A stretch of 64,000 bases of DNA from Jatrophihabitantaceae bacterium (lineage in GTDB: Bacteria; Actinomycetota; Actinomycetes; Mycobacteriales; Jatrophihabitantaceae), in the NCBI GenBank assembly GCA_035999365.1, contig DASYGT010000022.1, forward strand, positions 5,167 to 69,166, given 5' to 3'. Under the pieces are notes generated by a model that did not search any database, was not told where the DNA came from, and worked only from the letters and a program-made list of their open reading frames with translations. Of the stretch, positions 47,773-57,348 are shown piece by piece. Positions within the stretch are counted from its first letter, which is position 1, and the number at the start of each line of letters is the position of its first letter. The position numbers and the translations under genes were made by a program.

Positions 47773-49058
47773 CGCAGCGCCTCGATCCGGATCCGATCGC
47801 CCGAGCGGGCGCGCAGCAGCAGTTGCCAGACGTCGCCGGTGCGGTCACCCTGCCGCGCGACCGCGACCCGCCAGCCGGCAGCGCTCAGGACGCGCGCCGT
47901 GGCGTAGCAATGCTGATCGTCGGTACCCGACCATGACGCGGTGTCGAGCAGCACGGCGAACGCGGGGATCGAGGAGCCACGCGGGTGCGCCTCGGCGAGC
48001 AGACGGAGGCTGATCGGATCGAGCGCTCCGAGCACCGCGATCAGTGCCGAGTCGCGCGCGGCGGCCCGGGTGAGCCCGGCCACCGGAACAAGATCGTCCT
48101 GGCTGCCCGTGCGCACGACGGCGAGGTGTTCGACCAACCGCGGCGGGGAATCGAATGCCGTCCGCGCGGGCGTGGCCAGGTCACTGATGAGGTCGACCTT
48201 GCGGCCGGCCCCCATCAGGTGCGTCCCGACACTCGCCACCGCGCTGATCGCCCATTCGCAGCTGCTGTGCAGCCGGATGTCCTGCGTGCGCTCGACGGAC
48301 GGCGGGGTGACGGTGTGCGCTGACTCGCGCAGATCGAGCAGCAGGGTGATCTGGCCCTGCCACGGTCGTTCCTCCTGGCGCACCATCAGCGCACCCGTGC
48401 GTGCCGATGAGCGCCAATGGATTTTTCGGAGGTCGTCGCCGGTGCGGTATTCGCGTGTCGAGGCGTCGTCGGCGCCGTGCGCACCGATCGAGTGGCTGCC
48501 CGCGTTGTCGCCGACGTCATGTGAGCGTGGCGGCTCGATCGACGGCAGCGGGTCGACAACCGGCGCGACGACGAATTCGGTCGTCGCGGTGAACGAGCGG
48601 ATCAGGTCGACCATGTGGAACGGGTCGGTGAGTCGGATGCGCAGCGGGCCGGCGCGGTATCGCCCGCGCGAGAGACCGGGCATCCGGTAGGACACGACGC
48701 GCGACTCGCGCCCGGCCAGCCCGGGGATGACGAAGCGGGCCCGGCCGGCGAGCTGCGCGGGAAGCTGGTCCTCGAGCAGTAGAGACGCCGTGGGCAGCAG
48801 CGATCGGTTCGTGATGGTGAGGTGCATGGTGACGGCTTCGCCGGCAGCCGCGCGGACGGGTTCGACGCCGCGGCGGTTGGCGATGCGCACCCGGGAGCGG
48901 TACACGACGAGCGATGCCGCAAGCGGGATCGCCAGCGACAAGAGGCCGGCGCGTACGAGGTCGACCTCACCCAGCACCAGTCCGCAGAGCAGTGCAGTGC
49001 CGCCCGCGGCGATCAGGCAGCTGGCGCGGGTGGTGAAGCCGGCGCGCATCGCGGCCAT
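47769..49058 (-). CDS. DUF58 domain protein (MoxR-associated, vWA-like)
   Basis: 429 aa. Two N-terminal TM helices. The DUF58 signature REYRTGDDLRKIHWRSSARTGALMVRQEE. 3-nt gap after moxR. Confidence 0.88.
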   Translation of the reverse strand: MAAMRAGFTTRASCLIAAGGTALLCGLVLGEVDLVRAGLLSLAIPLAASLVVYRSRVRIANRRGVEPVRAAAGEAVTMHLTITNRSLLPTASLLLEDQLPAQLAGRARFVIPGLAGRESRVVSYRMPGLSRGRYRAGPLRIRLTDPFHMVDLIRSFTATTEFVVAPVVDPLPSIEPPRSHDVGDNAGSHSIGAHGADDASTREYRTGDDLRKIHWRSSARTGALMVRQEERPWQGQITLLLDLRESAHTVTPPSVERTQDIRLHSSCEWAISAVASVGTHLMGAGRKVDLISDLATPARTAFDSPPRLVEHLAVVRTGSQDDLVPVAGLTRAAARDSALIAVLGALDPISLRLLAEAHPRGSSIPAFAVLLDTASWSGTDDQHCYATARVLSAAGWRVAVARQGDRTGDVWQLLLRARSGDRIRIEALR

Positions 49059-49061
49059 GCG

Positions 49062-50078
49062 TCAGTGCGCGCCGGTGGCGCGCGCCTCGGCCGGGATCGG
49101 GACGGTGGACGCTATGCGGCTCAGTACGTCCTCGGCGGTGCGTCCAGCCACGTGGGCGTCTGAAGTGAGGAGCAGGCGATGTGCGAGTACGCGCACCAGA
49201 AGGAACTGCATGTCGTCCGGGATCACGTAGGCGCGCCCCTCGAGTGCGGCCCACGCCTTCGACGCCCGCAACAGTTGCAGCGTCGCACGCGGTGACGCGC
49301 CGAGCCGGACGTCCGGCACCCGACGGGTGGCTTCGGCGAGATCCACCGCGTAAGCCTTGATCCCGTCGGAGACGTGCACGCGGCGCACGCCCTGGATGAG
49401 CTCACGCACTTCAGTGGCGTCCGATACGGGGCGCAGGGAGTCGAGCGGGTCGATCGCGGCGTGTTCCTCGAGCATCGTGATTTCTGCGGCGCGGTCGGGG
49501 TAGCCCATCGATATGCGCGCGGTGAACCGGTCGCGCTGCGCCTCGGGCAGCGGATAGGTGCCCTCCATGTCGATCGGGTTCTGCGTCGCCAGCACCATGA
49601 ACGGCGCTTCGAGTCGATACGTGACGCCGTCGACCGTGACCTGACGCTCCTCCATGCACTCGAGCAGCGCTGCCTGCGTCTTCGGCGACGCCCGGTTGAT
49701 CTCGTCGCCGACGACGATGTTCGCGAAGACCGGGCCGGGCTTGAACTCGAAGTCCCGATCCTCGGCGTTGTAGACGCTCACTCCCGTGATGTCACTCGGC
49801 AGGAGATCCGGGGTGAATTGCACGCGGCGCACCGAGCAGTCGATCGATCGGGCCAGGGCCTTGGCGTACTTCGTCTTGCCGACGCCGGGAACATCCTCGA
49901 TCAGCAGATGACCCTCGGCGAGCAGTACCGCGAGACCGAGCCGGATCGCCGTGCGCTTGCCCTCGATGACCTGCTCGATGTTGGCGCCGATGCGGGCCCC
50001 TGCCTCGGCGATGGCGGACGGGTCGGCCGGCGGTGGGGATTCGCGGGGAACTTCGGCCGGCGCGGAATGCGCCCCCAT
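49062..50078 (-). CDS. moxR: MoxR-family AAA+ ATPase
   Basis: ORF 49062..50234(-) trimmed to ATG 50078, because the codons upstream of it have poor G/C3. LLAEGHLLIEDVPGVGKTKYAKALA (Walker A), VFANIVVGDEINRASPKTQAALLE (Walker B), LATQNP. Confidence 0.9.
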   Translation of the reverse strand: MGAHSAPAEVPRESPPPADPSAIAEAGARIGANIEQVIEGKRTAIRLGLAVLLAEGHLLIEDVPGVGKTKYAKALARSIDCSVRRVQFTPDLLPSDITGVSVYNAEDRDFEFKPGPVFANIVVGDEINRASPKTQAALLECMEERQVTVDGVTYRLEAPFMVLATQNPIDMEGTYPLPEAQRDRFTARISMGYPDRAAEITMLEEHAAIDPLDSLRPVSDATEVRELIQGVRRVHVSDGIKAYAVDLAEATRRVPDVRLGASPRATLQLLRASKAWAALEGRAYVIPDDMQFLLVRVLAHRLLLTSDAHVAGRTAEDVLSRIASTVPIPAEARATGAH

Positions 50079-50300
50079 CGAGTCGTGTCCGCCGTTCTGG
50101 CGCGGATCACCGTAGAGCTCTTCCACCCGAGTCCGTCCTCGCCGCTGCGCAACAGGCGACATTGCCCGCGCTGGTCCGTCGAGTATTGCCGACGGCCGGC
50201 GCCTGTAGGTATCGCTCTGGTTGCGGATGATCATCGCCCGCCGATCGACGCGGATCCCTGGGAACTGGATGAGCAGGACGCGCCGAGAGGGCAGAACGCA

Positions 50301-50346
50301 TTGACGGTGGCGGTAAGTGGGGTACGGTGGGGACCAGTGGGGAAGT
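50301..50346 (+). promoter_or_regulatory. candidate dcw promoter (-35 TTGACG, -10 TACGGT) overlapped by four 10-bp-phased GTGG(G/C)G direct repeats (MraZ operator-like)
   Basis: TTGACG GTGGCGGTAA GTGGGGTACG GTGGGGACCA GTGGGGAAGT, with repeat heads at 50307, 50317, 50327 and 50337. It lies 48 nt upstream of the mraZ ATG. E. coli MraZ binds direct TGGGN repeats with the same 10-bp phasing. Confidence 0.6.
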
Positions 50347-50393
50347 GGTTCGACGGCTCAGGCTCGACCTGACCAGCCCGGGAGGTGCGGTCG

Positions 50394-50825
50394 ATGTTTC
50401 TCGGCACGCACACGCCCCGGCTGGACGACAAGGGCCGGTTGGCGCTTCCCGCGAGGTTTCGACCAGAACTGGAGGGCGGCCTGGTGATCTGCAAGGGACA
50501 GGACCGCTGCCTGTTCGTCTTCCCCGTCACCGAGTTCGCACGTTTCACCGACGCACTGCGCAGTGCGCCGGTGACCGACCGGCGGGTTCGCGACTACGGC
50601 CGGGTGCTGTTCGCGTCCGCCTCGCACGAGACGCCCGACAGTCAAGGCCGGATCACAGTGCCCGCTCCGCTGCGTCAGTACGCCGCGTTGAGCAAGGACT
50701 GCGTGGTCATCGGCGCGAACTCGCGCATCGAGGTCTGGGACGCCGAGGCGTGGCAGAGCTACCTGGACGGAACCGAGCAGGCGTTCGCCGACATCGCCGA
50801 GGAGGTGCTGCCCGGAGTCCTCTGA
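50394..50825 (+). CDS. mraZ: transcriptional regulator MraZ
   Basis: ATG 50394 is 9 nt after GGGAGG. The track's GTG 50385 directly abuts the SD, so I rejected it. [23 protein letters not shown] and a second DxxGR-type half ([13 protein letters not shown]). Confidence 0.95.
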   Translation: MFLGTHTPRLDDKGRLALPARFRPELEGGLVICKGQDRCLFVFPVTEFARFTDALRSAPVTDRRVRDYGRVLFASASHETPDSQGRITVPAPLRQYAALSKDCVVIGANSRIEVWDAEAWQSYLDGTEQAFADIAEEVLPGVL

Positions 50826-50974
50826 CCCACCGCGCCGGCCGACGTTCGGATCCGGCCTCCTCCCGTCCACCACCTGTCACACCTTCCCCGGTGCCAGGCG
50901 GGACGGGCGGGGACCAGATCGAACGTCCGACCACCGATCCACCCCACCCGACTCGACCCCGAGGACGAGAGCCG
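50826..50974 (+). promoter_or_regulatory. 149-nt mraZ-rsmH spacer with nested hairpins; possible actinobacterial mraW-type leader RNA
   Basis: GCCGGCCGA-CGT-TCGGATCCGGC hairpin, and CCCGTCC...GGACGGG enclosing CACC...GGTG. I recall an Rfam cis-regulatory family named mraW that lies 5' of actinobacterial mraW/rsmH. I cannot reproduce its consensus from memory, so this is context-based only. Confidence 0.3.
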
Positions 50975-51958
50975 ATGGACGCACCGGACGATCCGGCCCG
51001 CACCGCATCGACCGCGATGCACGTGCCGGTATTGCTCGATCGGGTGCTTACCCTTCTGGCTCCGGCGATCGCCGACCGGCCGGCCGTCGTCGTCGACGCG
51101 ACGCTCGGGCTGGGGGGCCACGCCGAGGCATTGCTGTCCGCCCATCCAGAACTCACGTTGGTCGGGCTCGATCGCGATCCTGCGGCGCTCACCCGCAGCC
51201 GCGACCGCCTGGCCCGGTTCGGTCCACGGGTCCACCTGGTTCACGCGGTATACGACCAGATGCCCGAGGTGCTGGCCGGACTCGGCATGCCCGGTGTCGA
51301 GGGTGTGCTGTTCGACCTCGGCGTCTCGTCGATGCAGCTCGACGTCGCCGAACGAGGCTTCGCCTACGCGCAGGACGCTCCGTTGGACATGCGGATGGAC
51401 CAGTCCGGCGAACTCACAGCCGAGATGGTCGTCAACACCTACCCCGTACGCGAGCTGGCGCGCGTCCTGCGCGAGTACGGCGAGGAGCGCTTCGCCCTGC
51501 GGGTCGCGCAGGCAGTGGCGCGCCGCCGCGAGGCTGCGCCGCTTCAGTCGACTGCGCAGCTCGCCGAGCTCGTGCGCGACGCCATCCCTGCGGCGACCCG
51601 CCGGCACGGCGGCCATCCTGCCAAGCGCACCTTTCAGGCCTTGCGGATCGAGGTCAACGGCGAACTCGACGCGCTGCGTTCCGCTGTGCCTTCCGCGCTC
51701 GGTGCGTTGCGTGTCGGCGGACGGATAGTGGTACTGAGCTACCACTCCCTCGAGGACCGCATCGTCAAGCAGAGCCTCGCGGCCTTGGCCACCGACAACA
51801 CCCCGGCGGGCCTGCCCGTTCCACTACCCGATCGGCGGCCGCAATTGCAGCTGCTGACTCGTGGCAGTGAAGCGGCAACGCTCGAGGAGATCGCTGCCAA
51901 CCCGCGGGCGGCCTCGGTCCGACTGCGCGCGGCCGAACGCGTTCGGTTGTCGGCGTGA
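50975..51958 (+). CDS. rsmH: 16S rRNA (cytosine1402-N4)-methyltransferase RsmH (MraW)
   Basis: ORF 50327..51958 trimmed to ATG 50975 (GAGGA 9 nt upstream); the alternative is ATG 51017. [46 protein letters not shown]. Confidence 0.93.
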   Translation: MDAPDDPARTASTAMHVPVLLDRVLTLLAPAIADRPAVVVDATLGLGGHAEALLSAHPELTLVGLDRDPAALTRSRDRLARFGPRVHLVHAVYDQMPEVLAGLGMPGVEGVLFDLGVSSMQLDVAERGFAYAQDAPLDMRMDQSGELTAEMVVNTYPVRELARVLREYGEERFALRVAQAVARRREAAPLQSTAQLAELVRDAIPAATRRHGGHPAKRTFQALRIEVNGELDALRSAVPSALGALRVGGRIVVLSYHSLEDRIVKQSLAALATDNTPAGLPVPLPDRRPQLQLLTRGSEAATLEEIAANPRAASVRLRAAERVRLSA

Positions 51959-51974
51959 CCGGGCGGAGCGCGGC

Positions 51975-52517
51975 ATGAACCGGCCGCACGCACCCAAGCA
52001 CGCGCCGCGCGTGCCATTCGCCATCCTCGTCACTGCGCTCATCGTCGGGGGCATGTGCGCGCTGCTCGGACTCAACACGGCGTCGGCTGCGAACGAGCTC
52101 GCCCGGCACAACCTCGCGGTCAAGGACGCCGACATCGCCGCGCGGGTGCAGGAGCTGCAGAACGAGGTGGCGGCGAGTGCAGCGCCGGGAGCCCTCGGCA
52201 GTGCCGCAGCGCAGCTCGGCATGGTGCCGGCCGGCAATCCCGCATTCCTCGAGATCGGGGTGAACGGCCACGTACGGCTGCTGGGCAGCCCCGCACCCGC
52301 GTCAGGCGCCCCGTCGTCGGCCCCGAAGCCCAAGACATCGGCCACGGCGACGAAGGCGGCGACCAGCAAGCCGACGTCGACGACGGCGGCGTCCAAGACC
52401 ACCTCCACCACTGGCAAGCCCACCAGCACTGCTCACTCGACGGCGAAGTCCACACCGCCCCCGACGCCCACGCCGACACCAACCCCGACCACGACGCTGC
52501 CCGGAGGGCCCCGATGA
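51975..52517 (+). CDS. ftsL: FtsL-like cell division protein with long Ser/Thr/Pro/Ala/Lys-rich C-terminal tail
   Basis: ORF 51861..52517 trimmed to ATG 51975, giving 180 aa. One TM (VPFAILVTALIVGGMCALLGL), then a short coiled coil (ELARHNLAVKDADIAARVQELQNEV). It sits between rsmH and ftsI. Identification rests on topology and synteny. Confidence 0.72.
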   Translation: MNRPHAPKHAPRVPFAILVTALIVGGMCALLGLNTASAANELARHNLAVKDADIAARVQELQNEVAASAAPGALGSAAAQLGMVPAGNPAFLEIGVNGHVRLLGSPAPASGAPSSAPKPKTSATATKAATSKPTSTTAASKTTSTTGKPTSTAHSTAKSTPPPTPTPTPTPTTTLPGGPR

Positions 52518-52536
52518 CACGACCCGCACCGGCCCG

Positions 52537-54396
52537 ATGACGCAGCGTCCCCGCGCTCGGAATTCCGCGCCGCGCTCCGCAGCCCGGCGCCCGGCGTCGC
52601 GACGGCCGCTCCGCCGCCAGCGGGCGATGCGTCTCGGCGCCCTGCACCCGCGCCTGCGTTACGGCTTCGCTGCGGTGTGCACGCTGCTGCTGGTGGTCGG
52701 CGGCCGGCTGGTGCAGCTGCAGGGCATCGACCGCGGCAGCTACGCAAGTGCGGCACATGCCCAGCGGGTGGACACGGTCGCATTGCACGCTCTGCGCGGC
52801 ACCATCACCGACCGCGACGGAACGGCGCTCGCCTACACCTCCGACGCGCAGGACATCACCGTCGACCCCAAACAGATTCCGTCGGTGCAGTGGCCGGCCT
52901 ACGCGGCGAAACTTGCGCCGCTGCTCGGGATGACGGCCGATGCCGTGACTGCCGTGCTCGCGAAGCCCGGGCAGTACGCCGTGCTGGCACCCGGCAGGTC
53001 GCCCGTCGTCGCGCAGCGCGTCGAGGCACTCGGCCTCGAAGGCGTCTATACGCAGGCCACCACACTGAGGCAGTACCCGGGCCGAACAGTCGCAGCGAAT
53101 GTGATCGGCACCGTTCATTCCGACGGCACCGGCGCGGCAGGCATCGAGTACCTGTTCAACACCCAGCTCGCCGGTAAGAACGGCAGCCTGACCTATGCCG
53201 TCGACAACCTGGGCAACGTCAACCCGGCCAGCCGCACGGTGCGTGACGCGGCGCACAACGGCTCCACCGTGGCGCTGACGATCGACCAGAACCTGCAATA
53301 CGTGGTGCAGCAGTACCTCGACGTCGCCGTCCCCGAGTCGGGCGCCCGCAGTGCCGAGGCCGTCGTGCTCGACTCGCACACCGGACAGGTGCTCACGATG
53401 GCCTCGTCCGGCACGTTCGACGCGTCCGACCCCAACACGATCAACCCGAACGTACCGATCAACGCACCGGTGATGTCGGCCTTCGAGCCCGGGTCGGTGC
53501 AGAAGGCGATCACGTTCGCCGCGGCCCTGCAGCAAGGAATCATCAAGCCCAGCACTGTGATCTCGGTGCCGCACACCATCAACATCGGCGGCGTCAACGT
53601 CTCCGATGCGTGGTGGCACCCCACCGAACGGTTCACCGCCACGGGCGTGCTCGCCGAGTCGTCCAATGTCGGCACGCTGAAGATCGCGCAGGAGCTCGGG
53701 CCGCAGGTGTGGGACAGCTACGAGCAGCGCTTCGGTGTCGGCCAGAAGACCGGGATCGAGCTGCCGGGCGAGAGCAGCGGGTACCTCCCGCCGATCGACA
53801 CGTGGTCGGACTCGACGTTCGCCAACCTGCCCTTCGGCCAGGGCGAGAGCATGACCGTGCTGCAGCTCGCGTCCATCTACCAGACCATCGCCAACAACGG
53901 CGTCCGCATCCCGCCGCGCATCGTGAAGTCGGTGACGGCGTCCGACGGGGCGACGACCGTTACGCCGAGGCCCGCCGGCATCGATGTCATCAATCCCACG
54001 ACTGCCCAGATTCTGCGCACGATGCTGGAGTCGGTGGCGATGCCTGGCGGAACCGGTGTCAAGGCGGGCATCCCCGGATATCGCATCGCCGGTAAGACCG
54101 GTACCGCGCAGCAGCCCGATCCCGCACGGGGCGGCCGCTACTCGAGCTGGATGAACTGGGACACCTTCGCCGGGATGGCGCCGGCCGACGACCCGCAATT
54201 CGTCGTCGCCATCATGGTCGACAATCCAGCGCACGGTGTCGAGGGTGGTGACGTCGCAGCGCCGCTGTTCAAGAAGATCGCGGCCTACGAACTGCAGCAC
54301 GCGCACATTCCGCCGACCGGCTCGCTGTCCACGCACGTCCCGCTTCAGGACTGTGCGGGTCAGGACCGGCGGTACCTGCCCGCTAACGTCTGCTGA
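52537..54396 (+). CDS. ftsI: peptidoglycan D,D-transpeptidase FtsI (class B PBP, PbpB-like)
   Basis: 619 aa. N-terminal TM. SxxK (EPGSVQKAITF), SxN (ESSNVG) and KTGT (IAGKTGTAQ). Confidence 0.93.
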   Translation: MTQRPRARNSAPRSAARRPASRRPLRRQRAMRLGALHPRLRYGFAAVCTLLLVVGGRLVQLQGIDRGSYASAAHAQRVDTVALHALRGTITDRDGTALAYTSDAQDITVDPKQIPSVQWPAYAAKLAPLLGMTADAVTAVLAKPGQYAVLAPGRSPVVAQRVEALGLEGVYTQATTLRQYPGRTVAANVIGTVHSDGTGAAGIEYLFNTQLAGKNGSLTYAVDNLGNVNPASRTVRDAAHNGSTVALTIDQNLQYVVQQYLDVAVPESGARSAEAVVLDSHTGQVLTMASSGTFDASDPNTINPNVPINAPVMSAFEPGSVQKAITFAAALQQGIIKPSTVISVPHTINIGGVNVSDAWWHPTERFTATGVLAESSNVGTLKIAQELGPQVWDSYEQRFGVGQKTGIELPGESSGYLPPIDTWSDSTFANLPFGQGESMTVLQLASIYQTIANNGVRIPPRIVKSVTASDGATTVTPRPAGIDVINPTTAQILRTMLESVAMPGGTGVKAGIPGYRIAGKTGTAQQPDPARGGRYSSWMNWDTFAGMAPADDPQFVVAIMVDNPAHGVEGGDVAAPLFKKIAAYELQHAHIPPTGSLSTHVPLQDCAGQDRRYLPANVC

Positions 54397-54397
54397 T

Positions 54398-55912
54398 GTG
54401 GGTGTGAGTTCGGCGGGCGACGTCCCCCGTCCCGCACGTGTCACACCGGTTCCCCTGGGCGAGCTCGCCCGCCTGGCGGAGACGACCGTCGACGGACCCG
54501 AGAGCCAGATCTCGGGAATCACCGCGTCCAGCGACCGGATCCGGCCGGGGGACCTGTTCGCGGCGATCCCGGGGTTGCGCACGCACGGCGCCCGCTTCGC
54601 CTCGGACGCCGCACGTGCCGGTGCCGTCGCGGTGCTCACCGACGCCGCCGGTACCGCCCACGCGCCGCCGGGGCTGCCCACGCTGGTCGTGACGGACGTC
54701 CGTGCTGTGCTCGGGGCGATTGCGTCGCGCGTGTACGGCGATCCGAGTGGGGCCCTTCGAGTGCAGGGCGTCACGGGGACGAGCGGTAAGACGACGACGA
54801 CGTTCTTCCTGCGTGCCGGCCTGGCCGCGGCCGGGAGGACACCCGGGCTCGTCGGCACGGTCGCCACCATGATCGGCGCGGATCGGATCGAGACCGGGTT
54901 CACGACCCCGGAAGCGCCCGATCTGCACGCGTTGCTCGCCGTGATGCGTGAGCGCGGCGTCACGGACGTCGCGATGGAGGTGTCGAGCCATGCCCTCGAA
55001 CTCGGCCGTGTCGGTGGCGTCGCGTTCGAGGTCGGGGGCTTCACCAACCTCTCGCAGGACCATCTCGATTTCCATCCGAGCATGGAGGACTATTTCGCCG
55101 CCAAGCGCAGGCTCTTCGAGTCCGGCGCGCGCCCCGTCGTGGTTGTCGACGACGAGTGGGGACGCACCCTCGCCGGCACCCTCGTCGACGTGACCACCGT
55201 GAGCACGGCATCCCGTGCCGCCACCTGGAGCGCGCGAGCGATCATCGGAAATTCCGACGGCACGATCGACTTCGTCCTCGATGGCCCCGCGGGAGCGATC
55301 CCGGCGCGCACCAGCATTCCTGGCCGGTTCAACGTCGCCAATGCCGCGCTGGCGATCGCATTGCTGCACAGTGTCGGCGTTGCGCCGAGCGTCGCCGCAG
55401 AGGCGATCGCCCAGGCTGTCGTCCCGGGGCGAATGGAGCGCATCGACGAGGGGCAGCCGTTCCTGGCAGTGGTCGACTACAGCCACAAGCCGGCGGCGGT
55501 GCAGAGCGCACTCGCCGCACTGCGGCCCCTGACGTCGCAACGGCTGATCGTGGTGCTCGGGTGCGGAGGCGATCGTGATCGTGCGAAGCGGCCGATGATG
55601 GGTGAGATCGCCGCACGGGGCTCCGACCTGCTGATCGTCACCGACGACAACCCGCGGTCGGAAGACCCGGCGGCGATCAGGCGCGAGATGCTCCTCGGTG
55701 CCGAGGCGGTGCCGCCGAGTCAGCGGGGTCAGGTGCGCCAGATCGCTGATCGTGCCGCCGCGATCGCCGAGGCTGTGCGTGCGGCCGGGGCGGGCGACTG
55801 CGTGCTCATCGCCGGGAAGGGGCACGAGACGGGTCAGGAGATCGACGGCGTCGTGCACCCGTTCGACGACGGGGACGTCGTGCGTGCGGCACTGCGTGAG
55901 GTCCTGACGTGA
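54398..55912 (+). CDS. murE: UDP-N-acetylmuramoyl-L-alanyl-D-glutamate--2,6-diaminopimelate ligase
   Basis: ORF 54236..55912 trimmed to GTG 54398, just after the ftsI stop. GVTGTSGKTTTTF, the Mur ligase core, and the DNPRSEDP motif associated with meso-DAP-adding MurE enzymes. Confidence 0.92.
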   Translation: MGVSSAGDVPRPARVTPVPLGELARLAETTVDGPESQISGITASSDRIRPGDLFAAIPGLRTHGARFASDAARAGAVAVLTDAAGTAHAPPGLPTLVVTDVRAVLGAIASRVYGDPSGALRVQGVTGTSGKTTTTFFLRAGLAAAGRTPGLVGTVATMIGADRIETGFTTPEAPDLHALLAVMRERGVTDVAMEVSSHALELGRVGGVAFEVGGFTNLSQDHLDFHPSMEDYFAAKRRLFESGARPVVVVDDEWGRTLAGTLVDVTTVSTASRAATWSARAIIGNSDGTIDFVLDGPAGAIPARTSIPGRFNVANAALAIALLHSVGVAPSVAAEAIAQAVVPGRMERIDEGQPFLAVVDYSHKPAAVQSALAALRPLTSQRLIVVLGCGGDRDRAKRPMMGEIAARGSDLLIVTDDNPRSEDPAAIRREMLLGAEAVPPSQRGQVRQIADRAAAIAEAVRAAGAGDCVLIAGKGHETGQEIDGVVHPFDDGDVVRAALREVLT

Positions 55913-57348
55913 TCGCGATGTCCCTCGGCGAGATCGCCCGCATCGTCGATGGAGTGGTTGCCGACGCCGATCCGTCGACAGTGGTCACCGGTTCGATCGA
56001 GTTCGACTCACGATTGATTCGCCCGGGTGGACTCTTCGTCGCCTTCACAGGTGATCGCGTCGACGGGCACGACTATGTGTCGGCAGCGGTCGCGGCGGGA
56101 GCTGAGGCCGCGCTCGTGACCCGATCGGTGGACGCGCCGAGCATCCTGGTGGGCGACGCCGTCGTCGCGATGGGTGCCCTCGCCGGCGCCGTCGTACGCC
56201 GGCTACCGGAGGCGAGCGTCATCGGCGTGACCGGCTCCTCCGGCAAGACGTCGACGAAGGACATGCTGGCCCACGTCCTGGCAAAGCTCGGCCCGACAAT
56301 CGCCCCGCCCGGTTCGTTCAACAACGAGCTGGGCCACCCGTACACCGTGCTGCGTGCCGACGAGACGACGCGATACTTGGTGCTCGAGACGAGCGCACGC
56401 GGTGTCGGCCACATCAGCTATCTCACGCGTATCGCACCGCCACGCATCGGTGTCGTCCTCAACGTGGGCAGCGCACATCTCGGTGTCTTCGGTTCGCGAG
56501 CCGCGATCGCACAGGCGAAGGGCGAGCTGGTCGAGGCGCTGCCTTCGGCCGACGACGGGGGAGTGGCCGTGCTCAACGCCGACGACCCGCTCGTCGCGGC
56601 GATGCGCTCGCGTACGCCGGCCCGGGTCGTCACCTTCGGCACCGCACGTGACGCCGACGTCCGAGCGCTGTCGATCGAACTCGACGACCTCGGTCGGCCC
56701 CGGTTCACCCTGTCGTCGGCGGGGGAGCGTGCCGAAGTCGCGCTTCGCTACGTCGGCGCACACCATGTCGGTAATGCGCTCGCGACGGCCGCCGTCGCGA
56801 TCGAGTGCGGAATGTCGGTACCGCAAGCCGCGCAGGCTCTGGGCGCGGCGACCCCGGCCTCCCGGTGGCGCATGGAGGTCACCGAGCGAGTCGACGGCGT
56901 GCTGGTGGTCAATGACGCCTACAACGCGAATCCGGAATCCATGCGCGCCGCCTTGGAGGCGCTCGCGGGGATCAGCGCACGCCGACATGCTCGATCGGTC
57001 GCGGTCCTCGGCGTGATGGCCGAGCTCGGTGCCGATGCCGATGCCGAGCATGTAGCGATCGGGAGGCTCGCCGCACGGCTGGGCATAGCGCAGGTGGTGG
57101 TGGTCGGCGCGGAGGCCCGCGGCATCGAGGCGGGCACCGCTCTGGAAGGCTCGTGGCGCGGCAACGCGTCCTGGGTGCCCGACATCGGCGCGGCCGTCGC
57201 GCTGCTGCGGGGCGAACTGCGGCCAGGCGACGTGGTGCTCGTCAAGGCCTCGCGTGCGGCGAGCCTCGAACGGGTCGCCGCCGCCATCACGGACGATTTC
57301 CACCAGGACGAAGTCGACACCGACGGACCAGGAGGCACTGCGGCGTGA
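55909..57348 (+). CDS. murF: UDP-N-acetylmuramoyl-tripeptide--D-alanyl-D-alanine ligase
   Basis: 479 aa. The GTG start overlaps the murE stop (GTGA). [25 protein letters not shown]. Confidence 0.93.
   Translation: MIAMSLGEIARIVDGVVADADPSTVVTGSIEFDSRLIRPGGLFVAFTGDRVDGHDYVSAAVAAGAEAALVTRSVDAPSILVGDAVVAMGALAGAVVRRLPEASVIGVTGSSGKTSTKDMLAHVLAKLGPTIAPPGSFNNELGHPYTVLRADETTRYLVLETSARGVGHISYLTRIAPPRIGVVLNVGSAHLGVFGSRAAIAQAKGELVEALPSADDGGVAVLNADDPLVAAMRSRTPARVVTFGTARDADVRALSIELDDLGRPRFTLSSAGERAEVALRYVGAHHVGNALATAAVAIECGMSVPQAAQALGAATPASRWRMEVTERVDGVLVVNDAYNANPESMRAALEALAGISARRHARSVAVLGVMAELGADADAEHVAIGRLAARLGIAQVVVVGAEARGIEAGTALEGSWRGNASWVPDIGAAVALLRGELRPGDVVLVKASRAASLERVAAAITDDFHQDEVDTDGPGGTAA

Noticed and set aside
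52120-55083. 987-aa minus-strand ORF, the longest in the track
   Set aside because: It lies entirely antisense to ftsL, ftsI and murE, which have SxxK/SxN/KTGT and Mur-ligase P-loop motifs. Its length is a by-product of GC-rich codon bias, not evidence of coding.
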